NCBI GenBank assembly: GCA_038249055.1
Contig: JBBRWS010000007.1
Location: forward strand, 1-59,172
Source: Minisyncoccia bacterium
GTDB lineage: Bacteria; Patescibacteriota; Minisyncoccia; Phycocordibacterales; UBA9973
DNA length: 59,172 nucleotides
Direction: 5' to 3'
The notes below the pieces were generated by a model. The model was not told where the DNA came from, did no database searches, and saw only the letters and a program-made list of their open reading frames with translations. A program made the position numbers and the translations under genes. This document shows, piece by piece, positions 10,042 through 17,411 of the stretch; position 1 is the first letter of the stretch, and each line of letters begins with the position of its first letter.

Positions 10042-10932
10042 ATGGCAACATTATATACACATCAAGGACAAAATATACGTAAGACTTGGATGCTAATGAG
10101 CATCTTTTTAATCATTGTTATTGGGCTAGGATTTGTTTTTTCCCAGATGTATAATAATTCAAATATTTTATACATTTTTGTAATTTTTTCTATTGTTATG
10201 AATATAGTAGGGTATTGGTATTCAGATAAGATAGCTCTCACTATGGCCGGAGCACACCCTGCAACAAGAGAAAAATATTTTGATTTTTATACGATTGTAG
10301 AAAACTTAGCAATTACATCGGGGTTACCAATGCCAAAGATTTATGTTATAGAAGACCCATCTCCAAATGCATTTGCTACTGGACGTGACAAGAATCATGC
10401 TGTAGTTGCTGTAACGACAGGTTTGCTTTCTATTATGAGTAAAATAGAGCTTGAAGGAGTTGTAGCTCACGAAATGAGTCATATAGGTAATCGTGACATG
10501 CTTCTTTCTACTGTTGCGGTAGTCCTTGTTGGTTTTGTATCAATCGTTTCAGATATGATAATTCGTACTACACTTTTTGGTGGTAGTCGAGATAACGATA
10601 GAGGAGGGAATATGTTTGCTATCATTGGGATAGTTCTTTCTATTCTAGCTCCAATATTTGCAACATTAATCCAACTCGCTATTTCACGAAAACGTGAATA
10701 TTTAGCCGATGCATCAGGTTCACTTCTTACTCGATATCCTGAAGGATTAGCTTCAGCACTTGAGAAAATTAGTCAATACGGAAGACCAATGAAAAGACAA
10801 TCAACAGCTATAGCTCATCTTTATATAGCAAATCCAACTGGTTCGGGTGCATTTAGTAAAAAAGTTGGTAATTTATTTTCAACTCATCCCCCAGTAGAAG
10901 ATAGAATAAAAAGATTAAGAGAAAGTTTATAA
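10042..10932 (+). CDS. htpX: M48-family zinc metalloprotease HtpX
   Basis: HEMSHIGNRD (HExxH), 4 TM topology, C-terminal STHPPVEDRI. Confidence 0.85.
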   Translation: MATLYTHQGQNIRKTWMLMSIFLIIVIGLGFVFSQMYNNSNILYIFVIFSIVMNIVGYWYSDKIALTMAGAHPATREKYFDFYTIVENLAITSGLPMPKIYVIEDPSPNAFATGRDKNHAVVAVTTGLLSIMSKIELEGVVAHEMSHIGNRDMLLSTVAVVLVGFVSIVSDMIIRTTLFGGSRDNDRGGNMFAIIGIVLSILAPIFATLIQLAISRKREYLADASGSLLTRYPEGLASALEKISQYGRPMKRQSTAIAHLYIANPTGSGAFSKKVGNLFSTHPPVEDRIKRLRESL

Positions 10933-10977
10933 TTATTAACTTACCTCGCCCTGGGCGTGGTTTATCATAAATAAAAT

Positions 10978-11829
10978 ATGAAAATATTTACACAAATTAA
11001 GAATAGTGTTTACAACAAGGAATATTATAGTAACATTGTTTTAAATCAATCACTTAGAGAATCAGTAAAATATTTAGCAAAACTTTCTTTACTTATAGCT
11101 TTGCTCGGAGTAATTATTTTTGCTTTTTCTATACCTTCTTTGTCTAATCAAATTAAGAAAGGAGTATATTCTTTTGTTGCGGAGTATCCAGATGATCTTA
11201 TTGTTTCAATTAAAGATGGAAATGCAACAGTAAATCAACCTGAACCATACTTATATAAAATACCTGATAATTTAATTAATTCAAATGATGCTCAGTCACT
11301 TAAGATTGATAATTTGGTCACTATCAATACATCTCTACCTTTTAGTTTAGACAAATTTAAAGAGTATTCAACGTTTTCTCTTATAACAAAAAAAGAATTA
11401 GTATTAATGCAATCAGAAAAAGGACAAGTAAGAATTATGCCGCTCTCTGATTTAGGTAATTTAGAAATAACTAAAGCTTGGGTTTTAGATAAAGAGGGGA
11501 TCTTTACAAAAATATTACCATGGATAATGGCTATTTTAATTCCGTTAGTTTATATAGCCACATTTATGGGAATTTTTATTGGTACAATTATAATCCTTTT
11601 CTTTTATGCAGCTATCACATGGGCATTACTTAGAACAAAAGGAATTAATGCCAATTATATGAAATCCTATCAAGTTTCATTGCATGCTATTACTATACTT
11701 TTAATTATAGGTGTATTTAGTAAATTTTTAGGTCCCCTAGATAACTTTTTTGTTCGGGCAGTTATTTTAATGGCCATAGTTTATTTTAATTTTGACAATA
11801 ATTCAAATTTAATTAAAACAGAAATATAG
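10978..11829 (+). CDS. Hypothetical polytopic membrane protein (DUF1189-like)
   Basis: 283-aa ORF; N-terminal FTQIKNSVYNKEYY and TM layout resemble DUF1189/YvdJ (recollection). Confidence 0.45.
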   Translation: MKIFTQIKNSVYNKEYYSNIVLNQSLRESVKYLAKLSLLIALLGVIIFAFSIPSLSNQIKKGVYSFVAEYPDDLIVSIKDGNATVNQPEPYLYKIPDNLINSNDAQSLKIDNLVTINTSLPFSLDKFKEYSTFSLITKKELVLMQSEKGQVRIMPLSDLGNLEITKAWVLDKEGIFTKILPWIMAILIPLVYIATFMGIFIGTIIILFFYAAITWALLRTKGINANYMKSYQVSLHAITILLIIGVFSKFLGPLDNFFVRAVILMAIVYFNFDNNSNLIKTEI

Positions 11830-11855
11830 TAAAAAAATAAATTATTTGCTTGTTT

Positions 11856-11899
11856 TTAACAAAAATCACTAGAACATATTTTCTAGTGATTTTTGTTAA
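11856..11899 (+). terminator. Rho-independent terminator
   Basis: 17-bp stem aacaaaaatcactagaa/ttctagtgatttttgtt. Confidence 0.65.
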
Positions 11900-11906
11900 A
11901 TTCAGC

Positions 11907-11935
11907 TTGGTAAAAAGGCAAATATTTAGTATCAT
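11907..11935 (+). promoter_or_regulatory. Candidate sigma70-type promoter for tRNA-Ser (ttggta-N17-tatcat)
   Basis: -35/-10 hexamers with 17-nt spacer, ~110 nt upstream of the tRNA. Confidence 0.4.
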
Positions 11936-12048
11936 ATCTCCAGATGTTCTTTTAAAAGTAAGGATTTTTTTTATTAATTTCCTTACTCATAGCATTACAA
12001 GATTCTTCTGAATATTGTAATGCTCAGCCCAGCTTTTAGCTGGGCTAG

Positions 12049-12138
12049 GGAGAGATGCGTGAGTGGTTTAAACGGCAACCCTGGAAAGGTTGTGTATGAG
12101 TAATCGTACCGGGAGTTCGAATCTCCCTCTCTCCGCCA
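12049..12138 (+). tRNA. tRNA-Ser(GGA), class II with long variable arm, CCA encoded
   Basis: Hand-folded cloverleaf: acceptor ggagaga/tctctcc, anticodon stem caacc/ggttg with loop ctGGAaa, 5-bp variable arm, T arm gggag-ttcgaat-ctccc, discriminator G, CCA. Confidence 0.9.
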
Positions 12139-12159
12139 GCATAAAAATGAGCCCAACTT
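12132..12159 (+). repeat. Direct repeat copy 1 (last 7 nt of tRNA-Ser plus start of its terminator)
   Basis: tccgccagcataaaaatgagcccaactt; 27/28 identical to 13341-13368. Confidence 0.8.
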
Positions 12160-12180
12160 CACGTTGGGCCATTTTTATTT
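12143..12180 (+). terminator. Terminator after tRNA-Ser
   Basis: gcccaac-ttcac-gttgggc hairpin plus T-run. Confidence 0.6.
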
Positions 12181-12181
12181 G

Positions 12182-12292
12182 GCGGAGAGAAGCACGACAA
12201 CTGCTTGTCGTGCGGGGGAGATTCGAAAGACTTTTCCTTGCCGTAGGCGGAAAAGTACCCGCCGCAGTATCGGCGAATCTCCTTCTCTCCGC
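12182..12292 (+). ncRNA. Structured element A built from inverted tRNA-Ser 3'-end copies (candidate sRNA or recombination scar; strand uncertain)
   Basis: P1 gcggagagaa/ttctctccgc, hairpin gcacgacaa/ttgtcgtgc, P3 ggagattcg/cgaatctcc, inner hairpin cttttcc/ggaaaag; own terminator follows. Confidence 0.35.
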
Positions 12293-12327
12293 AAATTAAA
12301 AACACCCTTTATTGGGTGTTTTTAATT
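12293..12327. terminator. Palindromic bidirectional terminator
   Basis: aaattaaaaacaccc-tttatt-gggtgtttttaattt. Confidence 0.6.
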
Positions 12328-12328
12328 T

Positions 12329-12588
12329 GCGGAGAGAAGAAAGACAATGCTCATTTAGTAAAATGACCTACTGGGTTGTCTTTCGGGGGAGATTCGAAAA
12401 GCTTTTCCTTATTTTCTAAATCTACTGATTTATAAAATGGAAAAGGTGTACTGAACCTGTAAGGTTCGAAAAGCGTACTCGCGGTCTCCCGGGAAAGATT
12501 CGAAAGACTTTTCCTTGCCGTAGGCGGAAAAGTACCTCAACTAGTAAATTGACCTATTGGGTAACGCAGTATCGGCGAATCTCCCTCT
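12329..12588 (+). ncRNA. Structured element B: expanded, degenerate copy of element A carrying two copies of the dispersed hairpin motif
   Basis: Same left arm as A; 12498-12584 duplicates A 12221-12282 with an insertion; ends cgaatctccctct as in the tRNA. Confidence 0.3.
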
Positions 12589-12609
12589 ATATAAAAGGTA
12601 GGGAACTTT

Positions 12610-12618
12610 TGATATAAT
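12610..12618 (+). promoter_or_regulatory. Extended -10 (tgatataat), 6 nt upstream of ATG 12625
   Basis: TGnTATAAT; spacing measured. Confidence 0.5.
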
Positions 12619-12624
12619 CAAAGA

Positions 12625-13284
12625 ATGAATAAAAATGATTTATTTGGGCAAGCTTTATACGATAAATATAAAGGTGAAAATGAACCTTTTTATATTGAAG
12701 TGCGTGGTGAAAAACGTGAACATAATATTGATAGATATTTTCGCTCAATAAAAAAGTTATCTGGTTATGAAAAGAGTCTTATTTCTATGTGTTATGGGAA
12801 CATACTAGATGTTGGTTGTGCAACAGGTAATTACATTCCAGCTATGAAAAAAATGGGAAAAGTTATTGGAATAGATATTTCCCCTAAAGTTATAGAAATT
12901 GCAAAACAAAATGGAATTAAAAACTGCACAGTTAAAAATATATTTTCTTTTAAAAGTGATAAAAAATTTGATAATATTACAATGCTCGAAAATAATTTAG
13001 GAATGGGAGGAGATGTAAAAGAAACAAAAAAACTATTAAAAAAACTGTCCAATCTTTTGAAAGATGAAGGTCAAATTTTAACAATTCTATCAAAAAGATC
13101 TGGTAATAAAGATTTCTTAATTAATGAATTAATCCCAATATATAAGGGGATTAAAGGAAAAAGTTTTAAATGGATAAATTTTAATATTATATTTTTAAAT
13201 AAATTGTGCAAAGAATTATCTTTAGAATTAAATGTATTAAGTGCTAACAAATATTATTCTTTAGTTAAAATTACCAAAAAATAA
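12625..13284 (+). CDS. Class I SAM-dependent methyltransferase
   Basis: Motif I ILDVGCATGNY, followed by VIGIDIS; substrate unknown. Confidence 0.75.
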   Translation: MNKNDLFGQALYDKYKGENEPFYIEVRGEKREHNIDRYFRSIKKLSGYEKSLISMCYGNILDVGCATGNYIPAMKKMGKVIGIDISPKVIEIAKQNGIKNCTVKNIFSFKSDKKFDNITMLENNLGMGGDVKETKKLLKKLSNLLKDEGQILTILSKRSGNKDFLINELIPIYKGIKGKSFKWINFNIIFLNKLCKELSLELNVLSANKYYSLVKITKK

Positions 13285-13340
13285 TATTTGCTATGCATGA
13301 TTGTTTTTTAGTAATTTTGTTCCTATAGCGACCCATACAG

Positions 13341-13368
13341 TCCGCCAGCATAAAAATGAGCTCAACTT
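13341..13368 (+). repeat. Direct repeat copy 2 (orphan tRNA-Ser 3' end plus terminator fragment)
   Basis: tccgccagcataaaaatgagctcaactt; no tRNA body upstream. Confidence 0.8.
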
Positions 13369-13450
13369 AGGTTTGAACTCGTGGTCTCTCTTCATTTAAT
13401 ATTATATTTATAGGGTATAATTCCCGCATTTGTTGAAAGTAAGAAACTTT

Positions 13451-13459
13451 TGGTATACT
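13451..13459 (+). promoter_or_regulatory. Extended -10 (tggtatact), 6 nt upstream of ATG 13466
   Basis: TGnTATACT; spacing measured. Confidence 0.45.
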
Positions 13460-13465
13460 TATCTA

Positions 13466-14236
13466 ATGAAAGAATCATTACCTATAAAAGAATCATTTCA
13501 TTCACAATTAATTAAAAGTGATATTGAGCGTCCAGGCTCTAGAGAGTTTTATGAAATAATTGATAAAAATGGAAATAGTAAAGTTATAAGAGAAGAGAGT
13601 TTTGAGGAAATAAAAGAAAGATACTCAATCAGTACAGATCCTGTTTTTGTTGCAAATTTAGGAGAAAAATTATTTCGTGAAGTAGAAACAAATTATAATA
13701 TAAAAGCGCCAGTAGATTTTTTTGTGGATAAGAATAAAGATGGAAAAGATGTAATTTATTGCACTACAGATAAAATTAAGGGGGTAGATTTAGAAAAAGC
13801 AGAAAAAACACCAGAATTTTTAAAAAAACTTGAAGAATTATATATTTCCATCTCTAGGTATTATTTAGATAAATTAAATAGTAAAGAAGCTCATTTGGCT
13901 GATTTAAATAATATGTCTCAATATATGTATGGAAAAAGAAAAGATGATAAAGAGCCTCAAATTTATCTTGTAGATACAGATTTATATTTAAATAAGGGAG
14001 ACGCCTTTCTTTTACATAATGTTAAATGGCTAATTCTACATATGCCCAAAAGATTTGATGAAGCTATTAATAATATAAAAAAAATTTTAGAAACACCACT
14101 TGCTAAAGATATTAGTGATCGTGATAGGTTGAGAGCTGAAAAAGAAATAAAAGAATCATTAAATTTACTTAATGGAACATCAGCAATAAATTATGAATTA
14201 GACGAGGAAGGATTTATTCCATCCTCTCTTTACTAA
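13466..14236 (+). CDS. Hypothetical protein, weakly protein-kinase/phosphotransferase-like
   Basis: ORF-track start 13430 is TTG; ATG 13466 fits the leaderless promoter pattern. AHLADLNN and IYLVDTDLY loosely resemble kinase catalytic and DFG-like loops. Confidence 0.5.
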   Translation: MKESLPIKESFHSQLIKSDIERPGSREFYEIIDKNGNSKVIREESFEEIKERYSISTDPVFVANLGEKLFREVETNYNIKAPVDFFVDKNKDGKDVIYCTTDKIKGVDLEKAEKTPEFLKKLEELYISISRYYLDKLNSKEAHLADLNNMSQYMYGKRKDDKEPQIYLVDTDLYLNKGDAFLLHNVKWLILHMPKRFDEAINNIKKILETPLAKDISDRDRLRAEKEIKESLNLLNGTSAINYELDEEGFIPSSLY

Positions 14237-14362
14237 TAAATATATTTTTTGCAGATGATTATACTATCTATAGTAAAATAATTTTATTGTGGTTAAATAG
14301 TCATTCTTTTTAAAGAGATTAATCCCCAGCAAAATTAATCGTTGTGTATTTTAAAATTTAGA

Positions 14363-14371
14363 TGTTATAAT
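14363..14371 (+). promoter_or_regulatory. Extended -10 (tgttataat), 6 nt upstream of ATG 14378
   Basis: TGnTATAAT; spacing measured. Confidence 0.5.
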
Positions 14372-14377
14372 TGAAAT

Positions 14378-15064
14378 ATGGAAAACTTAAAAAATAACAA
14401 ATTTCTATTTATTAGTGGAGCAATAATAGTGTTCTCTTTATTAATTTCTGCTGCTTTCTTTATATCAGCTCACGATTTTTCAAAACAAGGATCTTATGTT
14501 GAAGTAAAAGGTCTTTCGGAAAAAATTGTAAAGGCTGATACCGCAATATGGTCTTTAAGTTTTGAAGTAAAATCAAATAACATCGATACTCTTTATTCAG
14601 ATATAGAAAAGAATATCACAACAATAAAATCATTTCTAACTGAAAAGGGTTTTGAATCTTCGGAGATAAATGTTGCACCTGTGAATATTTATCAAGATAC
14701 TTATAAGGATGCTGCATTTAGATATAATTCAACCAATCAAGTTTCAGTTTATACAAAAAAAGTTGACCTTGCTAAATCAACATCTAACGAAACATTGCTT
14801 TTAGTAAAGAGTGGAGTTGTTTTGAATCAAAATTTCATATCTTTTGAATTTTCTGATTTAAATAGTATTAAACCTGAAATGTTGGCTGAAGCAATAAAAA
14901 ATGCGCGTGATACAGCCTCACAGTTTGCTCTTAACTCAGGTTCTTTAGTGGGGAGCGTAACTCGTGGAAATCAAGGTGTTTTTGATATTACTGATAAAGA
15001 CCCTGGTTCTCCAGAATATAAAAAAATTCGTTTAGTTTCAACACTTAGATTTTTACTAAAATAA
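14378..15064 (+). CDS. SIMPL (DUF541) domain protein
   Basis: N-terminal TM, VEVKGLSEKIVKADTAIWSLSFEV start typical of the SIMPL/26-kDa periplasmic immunogenic protein family. Confidence 0.6.
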   Translation: MENLKNNKFLFISGAIIVFSLLISAAFFISAHDFSKQGSYVEVKGLSEKIVKADTAIWSLSFEVKSNNIDTLYSDIEKNITTIKSFLTEKGFESSEINVAPVNIYQDTYKDAAFRYNSTNQVSVYTKKVDLAKSTSNETLLLVKSGVVLNQNFISFEFSDLNSIKPEMLAEAIKNARDTASQFALNSGSLVGSVTRGNQGVFDITDKDPGSPEYKKIRLVSTLRFLLK

Positions 15065-15071
15065 AAATTTT

Positions 15072-15851
15072 ATGAAAAATATTTTTGACCAATCTCCCTA
15101 TCAATGCCGAATGGATTGGGGGGTTAGGGGAGTTCAAGAAGCTTCTAAAAGAGGTGATATTATTGTAGTTGTTGATATATTGAGTTTTTCCTCTGCTATT
15201 ACAAATGCTGTACATCAAGGAGTAATTATTTATCCATTTCCTAGAGAAGGAGATATAAATGAATTTGGAAAGCAGGTAGATGCAGAAGTTTGTATATTAG
15301 AAAGATCAAGAGCTCGTGAATTGGGTTTACCTTCTTTATCTGCTACCTCATTTAATGAATCACATAAGAATAAAAAATTTGTCATATCTTCCATTAATGG
15401 GGCTACTTGTGTAAAAGCAGCAGGTGAGAATAATTATATTTTTATAGGATGTTTCCTTAATGTTTCTGCTGTTGCAAATACTATTAATCAAATTCAAAAA
15501 GAAAAAAATATAAATATTACAGTAATAGCAAGTGGTGAAAGATGGAGTAGTGATGAAGGTGAACCAAAAGAATTAAGACCGAGTATAGAAGATTATCTTG
15601 GTGCGGGTGCAATACTTGAATTACTCGACGGAACAAAATCACCAGAATCAAAAGTTTGTATTTCAGCCTATAAAAATTCTAAATCAGAATTAAATGAACT
15701 TATATTAGATTCAAGTAGCGGCAGAGAGTTAATGAATATTGGTTTTCCAGAAGATGTTAAATTTTCAAGTCAGTTAGATATTTTTACAGAAGTACCTCTT
15801 CTTGTTAAAGATAAAAACGGTTATTCTTTTTTTAAAAATTATATAAATTAA
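15072..15851 (+). CDS. 2-phosphosulfolactate phosphatase (ComB) family protein
   Basis: N-terminal IIVVVDILSFSSAITNAV resembles ComB family VVIDVLRATT; length fits. Confidence 0.5.
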   Translation: MKNIFDQSPYQCRMDWGVRGVQEASKRGDIIVVVDILSFSSAITNAVHQGVIIYPFPREGDINEFGKQVDAEVCILERSRARELGLPSLSATSFNESHKNKKFVISSINGATCVKAAGENNYIFIGCFLNVSAVANTINQIQKEKNINITVIASGERWSSDEGEPKELRPSIEDYLGAGAILELLDGTKSPESKVCISAYKNSKSELNELILDSSSGRELMNIGFPEDVKFSSQLDIFTEVPLLVKDKNGYSFFKNYIN

Positions 15852-15872
15852 AATTTATATTAATCATAAATA

Positions 15873-15881
15873 TGTTATAGT
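15873..15881 (+). promoter_or_regulatory. Extended -10 (tgttatagt), 6 nt upstream of ATG 15888
   Basis: TGnTATAGT; spacing measured. Confidence 0.5.
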
Positions 15882-15887
15882 TAAGAT

Positions 15888-16442
15888 ATGAAAAAAGATA
15901 ACATAGAATATGTTGATGATGATACGGAGTCAATAAAAACTCTAATCAGATTAAGAATTCCTTCTCTTTTATTAGGGCTTATCTTAGGGGTTGCTTTGTC
16001 TTTTATGACGTCAAGATTTGAAGAAGTTCTAGCAAAGAATATATCGGTTGCTTATTTTATTCCATTTGTTGTTTATATTGCAGATGCTGTTGGTGCTCAA
16101 ACTCAAAGTATTTATAGTAGGGATTTGAAATCTGGTAAAGCACGATTTAAAAAATATCTTTTTAAAGAAAGTATTCTTGGCGTAGTTCTAGGTTTAATTT
16201 TTGGTTCCATAATTTTTCCAGTAGTTTTATTTTGGTTTAATTCGTTTGATCTAGCTTTTGCTGTTGCTATGTCTGCATTTTGTGCTGTATCTACAGCTCC
16301 ACTTATTGCGCTACTTGTTACTGAAGTTTTTGAATTAGGTCATAGAGACCCAGCAGCGAGTTCAGGACCTATATCAACGGTTATTCAAGATACAACTAGT
16401 ATTTTAATATATGGGCTTATTGCGTCCGCTATACTTTTGTAA
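15888..16442 (+). CDS. MgtE-like divalent cation transporter, transmembrane domain only
   Basis: DAVGAQTQS and DPAASSGPISTVIQDTTSILIYG motifs of the MgtE TM domain; no N-terminal or CBS domains. Confidence 0.6.
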   Translation: MKKDNIEYVDDDTESIKTLIRLRIPSLLLGLILGVALSFMTSRFEEVLAKNISVAYFIPFVVYIADAVGAQTQSIYSRDLKSGKARFKKYLFKESILGVVLGLIFGSIIFPVVLFWFNSFDLAFAVAMSAFCAVSTAPLIALLVTEVFELGHRDPAASSGPISTVIQDTTSILIYGLIASAILL

Positions 16443-16489
16443 TTTAGACTTCTATTTTAAGAATTTAAATAATTATTTATATTATAAAA

Positions 16490-17128
16490 ATGAATACTAA
16501 CCCAAATGCAAAAAGAATATTATGTTTTGGTGACTCAAATACAAGAGGGATGATTCCTATTTTAGGCGGGTTTTATCCAGTATTAATTAGTTGGCCAGGT
16601 CAATTACAAAACATACTTGGTAATGATTATGAAATTATACCTGAAGGTTTATATGGCAGAACTATTGTTGCGGAAGAAGATGGTAAACCATTTAAAACGG
16701 GTATTACACATTTAGAAGCAATACTAAAGAGTCACATACCTCTTGATTTACTAATAATAATGCTAGGTACTAATGATATAAAAGATAGACATAATTTAGA
16801 TGCTTTACAAATATCAGAACATCTTAATCAAATTATTTTAAAAGCAGAAGGTATTCTTAAAAATTATAAAACAAAGATTATGATTATTTGTCCTCCCGCA
16901 GTAGTTACTCCTAAGAGCGGAATTAAACCAGAAAGAATGTCTATGGGCTCTCTGACTTTTAAAAAATTACCAGAATTATATAAAAAAGTGGCAGAAAAAA
17001 ATGATTGTTTATATATAAATGCAGGGGACTATATAATTTTGAGCGATACTGACGGATATCATCTAGATGAAAAAGGACATAATAAACTGGCTCAAATTAT
17101 ATCAGAAGTAATTAAAAAGCAATTTTAA
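16490..17128 (+). CDS. SGNH/GDSL-family hydrolase
   Basis: ILCFGDSNTRG block I, LGTND block III, DGYHLDEKGH block V. Confidence 0.75.
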   Translation: MNTNPNAKRILCFGDSNTRGMIPILGGFYPVLISWPGQLQNILGNDYEIIPEGLYGRTIVAEEDGKPFKTGITHLEAILKSHIPLDLLIIMLGTNDIKDRHNLDALQISEHLNQIILKAEGILKNYKTKIMIICPPAVVTPKSGIKPERMSMGSLTFKKLPELYKKVAEKNDCLYINAGDYIILSDTDGYHLDEKGHNKLAQIISEVIKKQF

Positions 17129-17311
17129 TCATTTAAATTTATGCGTAAGAGCATGGAGATACAACGGAGTTGGTCCTTTGATCGAATATAAAATCAAAAA
17201 GATTAACTCAAAATTGTGGGTCATTCCCGCTTTTAATTTTGAAAATGATACAAAAAATTTGATGATTGGTGTCGATATAAAGATATAAATCAAAGAATAA
17301 AAAATGAATCG

Positions 17312-17340
17312 AAAAGAGTAGCTCCAAAAGCTACTCTTTT
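17312..17340 (+). terminator. Hairpin terminator in spacer
   Basis: aaaagagtagc/gctactctttt stem. Confidence 0.45.
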
Positions 17341-17411
17341 TATTTGATAAAAATTTTTCATAGATATATAATTAATGTGTATTTAGTTTAACAATTTAAT
17401 TTATAAATATT

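Noticed and set aside
12182-12292. Element A as a canonical tRNA, tmRNA tRNA-like domain, SRP RNA or 6S RNA
   Set aside because: There is no D arm or anticodon arm, because the internal hairpin has a 4-nt loop. The T-loop sequence is paired with its inverted copy instead of forming a T arm. There is no G3:U70, no resume-codon region, no GGAA-capped SRP domain IV motif and no 6S-like central bubble. I kept it only as an unclassified structured element.
12090-12299. 69-aa ORF in the track overlapping tRNA-Ser and element A
   Set aside because: It runs through a bona fide tRNA, its terminator and the structured repeats. It has no promoter or start context, and its Arg/Ala-rich translation is just the reading of GC-rich RNA stems.
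13411-13430. Second -10 element (tataat 13416-13421) followed 6 nt later by ATT, resembling the 19915-19934 promoter/start region (16/20 identical)
   Set aside because: The similarity is largely the shared -10 consensus. The ATT-initiated frame stops after 2 codons. It may be a relic leaderless start, but the evidence is too thin.
17129-17411. Possible decayed gene fragments in the 283-nt spacer (short frames such as FENDTKNLMIGVDIKI)
   Set aside because: The frames are under 20 codons and interrupted by stops, and I recognised no family. A pseudogene cannot be supported from the sequence alone.
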